Below are positions 56,382 through 64,000 of a stretch of 64,000 nucleotides of DNA, in pieces. The notes under the pieces are model-generated. The model was not told where the DNA came from, did no database searches, and saw nothing but the letters and a program-made list of their open reading frames with translations. Source of the stretch: Bacteroidota bacterium (GTDB lineage: Bacteria; Bacteroidota; Ignavibacteria; UBA10030; JAHEZR01); the NCBI GenBank assembly GCA_049589195.1, contig JBAWAH010000042.1:2354-66353 (forward strand), written 5' to 3'. Both the position numbers and the translations under genes were made by a program. Positions within the stretch are counted from its first letter, which is position 1; every line of letters starts with the position of its first letter.

Positions 56382-56476
56382 TTGTCTGAGCAGGGAATCC
56401 TTGATTCTTTTTGCAATTGTTGTTATGTTTTTGAAGGTTAAATCGTTCATTATTCTTTGACGCAGAGGGAAGCGGC

Positions 56477-56872
56477 ATGAGTGACAACAAGGGTGTGGGA
56501 AAAGGGCTTCTCATCGGATTGCTCGCCGGAGGGGCGATCGGAGCGCTCTTGGCTTTGCTTTATGCGCCGAAATCCGGTAAGGAACTCCGTGCACAGCTCA
56601 AGACTCAAGGCGGGGAGCTTCTCGATGAGGCAGAAGAACAGCTTGCGAAAGCTAAGACAAAAGCCGTCGATATCATCAACGAAGGGAAGAAAAAATCAGA
56701 CCAGCTGATCACCGAAGCGAAGCGCCGGGCCGGATCGTTGTTGGATGATGCCGAGAAGATCATGAGCGATGCAAAGGAAAAGGCCGGCACGGTCACGGAG
56801 CAGTCAGCGAAGATCAAGACGGCAGTGAAGGCCGGAGTGGAGGCTTTCAAAGAGGAAAGAAGCAGAAGTTAA
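56477..56872 (+). CDS. YtxH-domain protein.
   Basis: It begins GLLIGLLAGGAIGALLALLYAPKSGKELRAQLK and continues with a long charged helix. This is the classic YtxH layout. Confidence 0.6.
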   Translation: MSDNKGVGKGLLIGLLAGGAIGALLALLYAPKSGKELRAQLKTQGGELLDEAEEQLAKAKTKAVDIINEGKKKSDQLITEAKRRAGSLLDDAEKIMSDAKEKAGTVTEQSAKIKTAVKAGVEAFKEERSRS

Positions 56873-56893
56873 CAGAAAGGACATTGGATTCAC

Positions 56894-57280
56894 GTGGAGA
56901 CGATTCTAGTCCTTGCGGAGATTCTCGCGCTTGTATGTTTGGCGGCGCTTTGCTTGTACTTGATTCTCGTCTTGATCCGAATGAAGACGGTGATGACGAA
57001 CCTTGAGAGAGATCTCAACGCGTTTGCGCAACGTGCCATCCCCGTTCTTCAGAATATTGAAGAGATCACGACGAAGTTTAAGAATGTGGCCGCGATCATT
57101 GAAGAGGAAGTTGGCTCCATTAAACAGTCCATGGTTGCAGTCCAGCAGATCGCGGAGAACGTCGTCAACTTCGAGCAAAGAATCCAGGAGCGCATCGAGA
57201 TCCCTGTGATGGAAACTGTCTCTGTCATTTCTGCCCTCTTCAAAGGCGTTCGCACGTTCCTGGATCGGCTCCGGGCCTGA
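56894..57280 (+). CDS. DUF948-like membrane-anchored helical protein.
   Basis: It has an N-terminal TM helix (LVLAEILALVCLAALCLYLILVLI), then a helical domain. It is paired with a YtxH gene. Confidence 0.4.
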   Translation: METILVLAEILALVCLAALCLYLILVLIRMKTVMTNLERDLNAFAQRAIPVLQNIEEITTKFKNVAAIIEEEVGSIKQSMVAVQQIAENVVNFEQRIQERIEIPVMETVSVISALFKGVRTFLDRLRA

Positions 57281-57403
57281 TCTGCGAGCAGCTTGAGGTT
57301 TCTGCCACACAACATCTTTCCCGCCAGCTTCTGCAAACTTGCGTGACCCGAGAGATAGTCACAGATCCAAGAGGGAGTCCATAGCGTTTGTTAATCAATT
57401 CAA

Positions 57404-59518
57404 TTGGAAAGGAACGGCGTCTTGAAAGAGTTTAGTGTTGAGAACATCCGGAATGTTGCTCTTATAGGGCATGGTGGATCAGGCAAGACCTCGCTCGCTG
57501 AAGCGTTTCTCTTCGGATCCGGTGCAACAAGTCGTCTCGGGAGAATCGAAGAGGGAACAACGGCCTCTGATCATCATCCCGATGAAATCGAAAGACGAAT
57601 CTCGATCAGTTGCTCACTCCTTTTCACCGAGTGGAAAGGGAAGAAGATCAACACAATCGACACTCCGGGATACACTGACTTCACCGGTGAGGTGAAATGT
57701 GGTCTGCGTGTGGCAGACACGGCTTTGCTCCTGCTCAAGGCTGTTGAAGGAGTCGAAGTCGGTGCCGAGGTCGTTTGGAAGTACACCGCGGAATTTCAGA
57801 ACTCGGTCGTTGTTGTGGTGAACAAGCTCAACAACGAGAATGCGAAGTTTGACGAGGTGGTGCAGCAGGCAAAAGCGAGGTTTGGGAATGACGTTACAGT
57901 GGTCCAGTTCCCGGTGAATCAGGGTCTGGGGTTCGATGCCGTCGTTGATGTCCTTCGGATGAAGCTTCTCCGTTTTGGCACGGACGGCAAAGGCAAGTTC
58001 GTCGAAGAAGATGTGCCTGGTACCCTCAAGGAGCGTGCCGATCAGCTTCGAGAGGAGCTGATTGAGAAGATTGCAGAGTCTGATGAAGCGTTGCTTAACA
58101 CCTTCTTCGAGAAAGGTACCCTCACTGATGAGGAGATTCGGAGTGGGTTGAAAGAAGCGCTGAAGAAGAGGAAGATCTTTCCCGTCCTCTGCAGTGCAGC
58201 GACGCAAGGCATAGGTTCATCATCAATCTTGGACTTTGTAGCTGACTACAGCCCGTCGCCAATTGCCAGAGGAGACATCAGCGGCAAAGATCCGCGGACG
58301 AATAAGGAAGCCCTCGTCAAGCCTGAGGAGAACGGACAGCCGACTCTGTTTGTATTCAAGACAGTCTCAGAGCCACATCTCGGTGAGCTTTCTTTCTTCA
58401 GAGTGTATTCCGGTTCCGTCACTCCCGGTATGGACCTCGTGAATGAATCGAACGGCAAAACAGAACGCTTGAGTCAACTCTATGTAATGAACGGGAAAGA
58501 ACGCAAAGAGGTGGCAAGGCTTGTAGCCGGCGATCTTGGCGCTGTGGTGAAGCTCAAAGACACGCACACGAACAATACTCTCAGCAGTAAAGCCTTTGCG
58601 ATCATCCTTCCAGCTATTGAATTCCCAGAGCCTGTCATCAGCGCCGCGATTGTTGCGAAAGCAAAGGGGGATGAGGAGAAGATCGCTTCCGGCTTGCACG
58701 CGCTCCACGAGGAGGATCCGACGTTCCTGGTAAAGGTCGACCCAGAACTGAGTCAGACTGTCATCAGTGGACAAGGCGAACTACACCTTGCGATCATGGT
58801 GAAGAGGCTGAAAGAGAAGTACGGAGTCGAAGTCGAGATGACCGATCCCAGAATTCCTTTCCGCGAAGCCATTAGAGGGAAGGCTAGGGTGCAAGGCAAG
58901 TATAAAAGGCAGTCAGGCGGTCGCGGGCAATATGGTGATGTCTGGCTTCAGGTTGAGCCAAAGCCCAGGGGCGAGGGTTATGAGTTTGTCGATGCAATCG
59001 TCGGAGGGGTTGTCCCCGGAAAGTATGTGCCGGCAGTCGAGAAAGGTATCGTTGAGACATTGCAGCAAGGTGTTCTCGCCGGCTACCCAGTGGTTGATGT
59101 GAAGGTGACGCTTGATGATGGTTCATACCATCCTGTAGATTCTTCCGACCTCGCATTCAAGATTGCCGGCTCGATGGCCTTCAAGAAAGCGTTCCTCGAT
59201 GCCAAACCAATCCTTCTAGAGCCGATCTATGAAGTCGGTATTATTGTGCCTGAGGAGTTCATGGGCGATGTGCTTGGTGACATATCGAGTCGGCGGGGAA
59301 AGATCCTGGGCATGGACTCTGACGGCGGACAGCAGAAAGTGCGAGCACTTATTCCCCTTGCAGAGCTCCATAGGTATTCAACGGTCCTTCGTTCGATGAC
59401 TCAAGGCAGGGGAATCCACCACAGGAAGTTCTCTCACTACGAAGAGGTACCTCGCGAGATAACAGAGAAGATCGTAGCTGCCTCGGCGAAGCAACAGAAG
59501 AAAGAGGAAGAAGAGTGA
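57404..59518 (+). CDS. Elongation factor G family GTPase (EF-G paralog).
   Basis: The G1 motif is GHGGSGKTSL (divergent from the canonical AHIDAGKTT). G3 reads DTPGYTDF. G4 reads NKLN. The full five-domain length is present, with ...GRGQYGDVWLQVEP... (domain IV) and GAVVKLKDTHT. Confidence 0.8.
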   Translation: MERNGVLKEFSVENIRNVALIGHGGSGKTSLAEAFLFGSGATSRLGRIEEGTTASDHHPDEIERRISISCSLLFTEWKGKKINTIDTPGYTDFTGEVKCGLRVADTALLLLKAVEGVEVGAEVVWKYTAEFQNSVVVVVNKLNNENAKFDEVVQQAKARFGNDVTVVQFPVNQGLGFDAVVDVLRMKLLRFGTDGKGKFVEEDVPGTLKERADQLREELIEKIAESDEALLNTFFEKGTLTDEEIRSGLKEALKKRKIFPVLCSAATQGIGSSSILDFVADYSPSPIARGDISGKDPRTNKEALVKPEENGQPTLFVFKTVSEPHLGELSFFRVYSGSVTPGMDLVNESNGKTERLSQLYVMNGKERKEVARLVAGDLGAVVKLKDTHTNNTLSSKAFAIILPAIEFPEPVISAAIVAKAKGDEEKIASGLHALHEEDPTFLVKVDPELSQTVISGQGELHLAIMVKRLKEKYGVEVEMTDPRIPFREAIRGKARVQGKYKRQSGGRGQYGDVWLQVEPKPRGEGYEFVDAIVGGVVPGKYVPAVEKGIVETLQQGVLAGYPVVDVKVTLDDGSYHPVDSSDLAFKIAGSMAFKKAFLDAKPILLEPIYEVGIIVPEEFMGDVLGDISSRRGKILGMDSDGGQQKVRALIPLAELHRYSTVLRSMTQGRGIHHRKFSHYEEVPREITEKIVAASAKQQKKEEEE

Positions 59519-60024
59519 AGCGTCTCTGGTCTCCGTGGCGATCGAAGTACATTGACTCCTTCTCAAAGAAAGGGTACTCAGGAAAGTGTATCTTCTGTGG
59601 TGTGAAGAGGTTGAAGGATGATGCGGATCGGCTCATCGTGTGGAGGGGGGAGAGGTCTTTCATCGTCATGAACTTGTTTCCCTATAACAGCGGTCACCTC
59701 ATGGTTGTGCCTTATCGACATCAGGCGACTCTACAAGAATTGGATGACGACGAGTGTTTGGAGCTGATGAATGGAACAAAGCTGGCAATGAAACTTCTTG
59801 AGCGTATATCACACCCTGATGGCTTCAACGTTGGGATGAATATCGGTCGTTCCAGTGGGGCTGGTATTGCAGGTCACGTGCACGTCCATGTTGTGCCCCG
59901 CTGGCACGGGGACACAAACTTCTTCCCGGTCTTGGCTGACACGAAGATTATCTCCCAGGATATGCGAAGCACGTACCGGAAGTTGAAGGAAGCCTTGAGA
60001 AAGGTACCGAAGAAGAACGCTTAG
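59515..60024 (+). CDS. HIT-family (histidine triad) protein.
   Basis: The histidine triad reads GHVHVHVVPR. ...NSGHLMVVPYRH... is present. The start overlaps the upstream stop. Confidence 0.85.
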   Translation: MKRLWSPWRSKYIDSFSKKGYSGKCIFCGVKRLKDDADRLIVWRGERSFIVMNLFPYNSGHLMVVPYRHQATLQELDDDECLELMNGTKLAMKLLERISHPDGFNVGMNIGRSSGAGIAGHVHVHVVPRWHGDTNFFPVLADTKIISQDMRSTYRKLKEALRKVPKKNA

Positions 60025-60081
60025 GCCAGGAGGCCTTGCTGGTTCAACCCGCCGCTAACTCATCGTAGAGGTTCTCCACCA

Positions 60082-60849
60082 TTGAAATCCGCCAATTCAT
60101 ACATTCACAGAACCGCCCTTATTGGAAAAGGCACAACGCTTGGCAAGTACTGCGTTATTGATTCTGGCGCTGTGATCGGAAAAAACTGTACTTTCGGGAG
60201 CCACGTTATTGTCCACGCTGAGAGCCAAATTGGCAACAATGTCAGGATCGCAGATGGTGCGGTGATAGGGAAGCAGCCAGCGAGAGCGAAGAGGAGCATA
60301 TTTCAGGACAAGGACCGCCCGCAGCTTCCGCCGGCCTTGATTGGAGCCAATTGCACCATTGGAGCTCAGGCTGTCGTCTATGTAGGATGTACAATCAGCG
60401 ATGACGTGTTTGTCGCTGACCTTGCGACCTTGAGAGAGAATGTCTCCATCGGTGACAGCACAATTGTCGGGCGCAATGTCACTGTCGAGAACTTCACTAC
60501 GATAGGGAGCAAATGCAAGCTAGAGACGAACTGTTACATCACAGCCTATTCAACGATTGAAGACTTCTGCTTTATTGCCCCGATGGTGACGACGACGAAC
60601 GACAACTACCTTGGAAGAACAGAAGAGCGATTCAAGCACTTCAAAGGGGTCACAGTGAGACGGGGTGGGAGGATCGGAGCGGGCGCCGTGATCTTGCCGG
60701 GGATTGAGATAGGCCCTGACGCTGTTGTCGGCGCCGGAGCTGTGGTGACGAAGGACGTTCCTGCGAGAACCGTCGTGGTAGGAGTGCCAGCAAAGCACTA
60801 TGGTGAGACCCCAAAAGAACAGCTACTCGAGAACCAAGGGTGGGAATAA
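60082..60849 (+). CDS. Hexapeptide-repeat (left-handed beta-helix) acyltransferase, LpxA/LpxD-like.
   Basis: The [LIV]-G-x-x-x-x hexapeptides are continuous: [51 protein letters not shown].... Confidence 0.6.
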   Translation: MKSANSYIHRTALIGKGTTLGKYCVIDSGAVIGKNCTFGSHVIVHAESQIGNNVRIADGAVIGKQPARAKRSIFQDKDRPQLPPALIGANCTIGAQAVVYVGCTISDDVFVADLATLRENVSIGDSTIVGRNVTVENFTTIGSKCKLETNCYITAYSTIEDFCFIAPMVTTTNDNYLGRTEERFKHFKGVTVRRGGRIGAGAVILPGIEIGPDAVVGAGAVVTKDVPARTVVVGVPAKHYGETPKEQLLENQGWE

Positions 60850-60896
60850 GATTCAATCCAGTCTCAATACCCTAGTATTTCAAGTCAAATAAAAAA

Positions 60897-60917
60897 CCCC
60901 GTCCGAGTGGGCGGGGT
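60897..60917. terminator. Putative bidirectional terminator between convergent genes.
   Basis: AAAAAA-CCCCGTCC-gagt-GGGCGGGG-TTCTTT has one mismatch in the stem. Confidence 0.45.
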
Positions 60918-60944
60918 TCTTTGTCTACAGACCTTCGCTGACTC

Positions 60945-63035
60945 TCACTTCATCAAGACCATCTTCTTCACGGCGGTGAAGCTCCCAGAGGTCAGTCGAT
61001 AGACGTAAATGCCGCTCGGCACATCCTGGGCATCCCAGGCAACGGAGTGCATTCCCGCAGACATCCGTCCCTCGAAAAGCGATGCGACCTCGATGCCAAG
61101 CACATTGTAAACCTTGAGAGTCACGTAGCCATCTTTGGGAAGATTGAACGATATTCTGGTTGTCGGGTTAAACGGATTCGGGTAGTTTTGGTAAAGCGCG
61201 TACTCATCGGGATTCCCCGCAAGCTCGTTCACACCTGTGACGCCATTCCGATTCCCGAAGTCCACTCCTACTCTATCCGCGTTGTTCGCGAGAGTGAAAT
61301 TGTACGGCAGGCCGTTGCTGGGAAGCGTCTGAACCCATCCGTCGGGCACCATTTGGGTGATTGTATAAGTGCCTTGAGACAAACCAGTGAATAAGTAGTC
61401 GCCACCTATACCTGTCTGGAGTGTCTTTCTTACCCCTCGACCATTCAGCTCGATAGTCCAATTCGACAGACTTGGTTCCCCAGAATCCCTCACTCCGTTG
61501 CCATTGCGGTCATCGAAAACACTGCCCCGTACGGTCCCTTGTCCGCCTACCGTGATGCGGTTGCCAAAATCCAGTCCAGTGACGTTGCCGCCGCTATAAA
61601 GCACCGCGACGTAGCTTCCAGAGACTGGAAGCGTTTCGCCCCATCCAGGCATAAGAGTCTCATCGAGAATGTATATTCCCGGGGGGAGATTTTGTAATGC
61701 ATAGTTGCCGGCTGCATCAGTGACTGCTGAGCTATTGACGGGACCAGATGCATTGATTGTCCAACCGGCCAGGCCGGATTCACTGGGGTCTTTCACTCCG
61801 TCACCGTTCATATCAAAGAACGCTTGGCCACTGATCGAGCCGGGGTGAGCATTCCCAAAATCATTGCCCGATGAGAAGGTACCAGTAGCCAGGGTTACTG
61901 TGTACGTCCGGGGCGGGGCTGTCTGTACCCAGCCTGTCTGTAGAACTTCACTTACTGTGTAAGTGCCAGGATTCAAGAAGCCGAAGATGTAGATTCCGCT
62001 TGCATTTGTTGTGGTTGATCTCGTAGCCGCTCCTAACAGATTGATCGTCCACCCTGGAAGACCGGGCTCGCCAGGGTCCTGGACACCATTTCCATTGAGA
62101 TCGTGGAACACGACACCAGTGATTGTGGCCTGGCCAGTACAGAAGTTGAGATTGTCAAGATATGAAACGCCATCGTTCGCTCCGCCTTCGCCGTCGTAGT
62201 CGGTGCCTGCGTGGTCGAAGCGTCCAAGCTGCGAATACTGTACACCATCACCTCGGTTCACACCAACAGTGGCAGGTGTTCCTCCAAAACCACCAACCCC
62301 GCCGGATGCACTTCCAGTGGTCCACTGCATGTCGTCGTAGCTGAAACATATGTTCTTCCCGATACCAACAGTTGCGTCCGTGCCATCAGAAAGGATGAGT
62401 TCGAAAGTGTTAAGCTTGTCCACCTGTTCGTTGTAGTAGCCAACATGGTCCCAGATGATAGTGATCCTGTGCGTCTCGATCTTGTGATACACAATGCCGC
62501 TCGCAGTGTTTCGGGTGTCAACGTCGGCCCAGAACGGTGCAATCATTGGTGGAACAGAAGCCGAAGGGAATCCGCTCGAAGTGTATGCGCCGTAAGATGT
62601 CCCGAACGTCACGTTGCCGTTATTGTTGATGTAGAGAGAGTCATAGGGTGTCCCGTAAAACCTGAAGGTAAACGGGATAACAATCAACGAACTGGAACCA
62701 TCATCGTTTCGAGCCATTGATGCGGTGAATGTGCCATCAAGAGGAATCTCGAGCTGTGGGGTGGGCGGTTGTGGTCTACTCCCCTGGACGGTGAAAGTAT
62801 TTCTCTTGGCACTCTCTTTGGATGATGAGACCTGTGCGGGTTGGGGGATCAATCCCTTCGCCTTCAGCTCCTGGTACTGTTTCTCTCCCAAACTTCGCGG
62901 ATCTGCCGGTAGTGTGAGCTGTTGTTTCTTCAAATCATCCTTTTGACTTGCAGATTGCGCCAGCGCGGATTGAGATGAGGAGAGAAATACAACGCTTAGG
63001 AAAATGCATTCAAAATAGTAGAGAAGTTTCCTCAT
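60945..63035 (-). CDS. Large secreted protein with SdrD-B/Cna-B-like repeats and a T9SS C-terminal sorting domain.
   Basis: A signal peptide is present. Repeats with ...GNGV(Q/K/R)D.(G/S)E.GL(A/P)GWTI... recur, with GTYT and NGNGV motifs. The C-terminus reads YQNYPNPFNPTTRISFNLPKDGYVTLKVYNVLGIEVASL...GIYVYRLTSGSFTAVKKMVLMK. Confidence 0.6.
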   Translation of the reverse strand: MRKLLYYFECIFLSVVFLSSSQSALAQSASQKDDLKKQQLTLPADPRSLGEKQYQELKAKGLIPQPAQVSSSKESAKRNTFTVQGSRPQPPTPQLEIPLDGTFTASMARNDDGSSSLIVIPFTFRFYGTPYDSLYINNNGNVTFGTSYGAYTSSGFPSASVPPMIAPFWADVDTRNTASGIVYHKIETHRITIIWDHVGYYNEQVDKLNTFELILSDGTDATVGIGKNICFSYDDMQWTTGSASGGVGGFGGTPATVGVNRGDGVQYSQLGRFDHAGTDYDGEGGANDGVSYLDNLNFCTGQATITGVVFHDLNGNGVQDPGEPGLPGWTINLLGAATRSTTTNASGIYIFGFLNPGTYTVSEVLQTGWVQTAPPRTYTVTLATGTFSSGNDFGNAHPGSISGQAFFDMNGDGVKDPSESGLAGWTINASGPVNSSAVTDAAGNYALQNLPPGIYILDETLMPGWGETLPVSGSYVAVLYSGGNVTGLDFGNRITVGGQGTVRGSVFDDRNGNGVRDSGEPSLSNWTIELNGRGVRKTLQTGIGGDYLFTGLSQGTYTITQMVPDGWVQTLPSNGLPYNFTLANNADRVGVDFGNRNGVTGVNELAGNPDEYALYQNYPNPFNPTTRISFNLPKDGYVTLKVYNVLGIEVASLFEGRMSAGMHSVAWDAQDVPSGIYVYRLTSGSFTAVKKMVLMK

Positions 63036-63249
63036 AGAGTTTTCCTCCTTATGAACCGGGACTCAGACGTTGATCGATCCGGGTATGTGAGAAGCTATCC
63101 AAGGAGAGACACATGATCGGAAATGGCGTGTCCACACAACATTTGGGAGCAACCATCCAGCCAGAATACGTGCTCAATATAATAACGACAGACTATATTG
63201 TCAAGCCAAAAATAGCCCGATTCCTCAATTCACGGTCATTATAGATAAT

Positions 63250-63285
63250 AAGAAACCCGTAGCGCTAATGCACCACGGGTTTCTT
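63250..63285 (-). terminator. Putative terminator hairpin downstream of the partial T9SS gene.
   Basis: AAGAAACCCGT-(14-nt loop)-ACGGGTTTCTT is an 11-bp stem 20 nt after the stop at 63305. The flanks are AT-rich. Confidence 0.4.
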
Positions 63286-63304
63286 ATTACAATTCACATC
63301 TCAA

Positions 63305-64000
63305 TTACTTCAAGAACATCATCTTCTTCAGCGACGTGAACTTGTCCGCAGCAATCCGGTAGTAATACACGCCACTTGCAACGGAATTGCCGTGTTCGTT
63401 CGTTCCGTTCCACGTCACATTGTAATACCCGGGATCCATCATGTCACCGGCGATCAACGTTCTGACCTTCTGCCCAAGCATGTCGTAAATCTCCAGCCTT
63501 ACTTGTGACTGCTTCGGCAAGTCAAACTTGATCTGCGTGGTTGGGTTGAATGGATTCGGATAATTCTGCGACAGGTTGTACACTGTCGGCACCCCGGGCT
63601 CTACGCCTGGCACGTCCGTGATATGAAGGCCATCATACCCGTATGTGAACCTCGAGGCCTGCGGCTCGATACCACCGCTTGATCCAATTACCCTCACGAT
63701 TGGCCAGGTAAAAAAGGCTGGGTTCACAGCATCGGCGAACAGGAAGCTGGCGTAGTTTGTCCCGCCCTGAAGAACCCATGGGTTATCCGTATTGCCATCA
63801 AACCGTCGAATGATTCTCAAGCGGTTGACCGCCACCAGCGAAGTATCAGAGTACGATTGGAAGCCTTCGCCGGTAAGCTCCAGATCAAACGTCTGTGAAG
63901 GACCAAGGCCGTACTGTGATGCACCCAGCCAATAGAAAGCAGCGGTCGTGTTGATCCAAATGCGCCGACCGTGCGCATCAAGCCCGGCATCAATCCCCTT
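63305..64000 (-). CDS. Secreted protein with a T9SS C-terminal sorting domain. It is 5'-partial: the frame is open to the window end.
   Basis: The C-terminus reads NLSQNYPNPFNPTTQIKFDLPKQSQVRLEIYDMLGQKVRTL...SGVYYYRIAADKFTSLKKMMFLK. The same frame has no stop between 63836 and 64000, so the N-terminus lies beyond the window. Confidence 0.55.
   Translation of the reverse strand, partial: KGIDAGLDAHGRRIWINTTAAFYWLGASQYGLGPSQTFDLELTGEGFQSYSDTSLVAVNRLRIIRRFDGNTDNPWVLQGGTNYASFLFADAVNPAFFTWPIVRVIGSSGGIEPQASRFTYGYDGLHITDVPGVEPGVPTVYNLSQNYPNPFNPTTQIKFDLPKQSQVRLEIYDMLGQKVRTLIAGDMMDPGYYNVTWNGTNEHGNSVASGVYYYRIAADKFTSLKKMMFLK

Noticed and set aside
1-64000. Searched intergenic regions for tRNA, rRNA, CRISPR arrays, and integrase/transposase genes.
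   Set aside because: No tRNA-like cloverleaf candidates, rRNA, CRISPR or recognisable recombinase genes were seen. Apart from the riboswitch, the accessory 15.8-19.5 kb region has no identifiable mobility gene. I therefore do not call a mobile element, only repeats.

Overview
This 64 kb window is chromosomal DNA from an FCB-group bacterium (Bacteroidota / Ignavibacteriota / Chlorobi-like). It carries T9SS C-terminal sorting-domain cargo proteins at both ends, a GWxTD protein, and sigma70-like TTGACT/TAnAAT promoters. G+C is roughly 50-55% by eye.

Most of the window is ordinary, densely packed housekeeping genes, mostly on the + strand:
- ssb
- a cobalamin riboswitch controlling a btuB-like TonB receptor, followed by a YVTN beta-propeller lipoprotein (BtuG-like) and a small membrane protein
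- carA
- class II (B12-dependent) ribonucleotide reductase nrdJ
- fadD-like acyl-CoA ligase
- an ECF sigma / anti-sigma / Spy-like / RND efflux / GT4 module
- a MacA-MacB-FtsX efflux trio
- nuoABCDEF
- dut, rsmI
- two PhyH dioxygenases
- a split MetE-like pair
- ferredoxin, queG, trxB, sppA, HU
- an EF-G paralog, a HIT protein, an LpxA-like acyltransferase

The clearly accessory part is about 15.8-19.5 kb, between carA and nrdJ. It contains:
- a visibly AT-rich gene (TTG start) with weak class-III-cyclase-like motifs, followed by a membrane-anchored gene
- two clusters of GC-rich nested hairpins with no coding potential
- a RelE/ParE-Phd toxin-antitoxin cassette bracketed by two near-identical copies of a terminator hairpin
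- a 56-nt tandem hairpin repeat that overlaps the nrdJ stop codon

No rRNA, tRNA or CRISPR array was found. All calls are from reading the sequence and ORF translations. No database searches were run.
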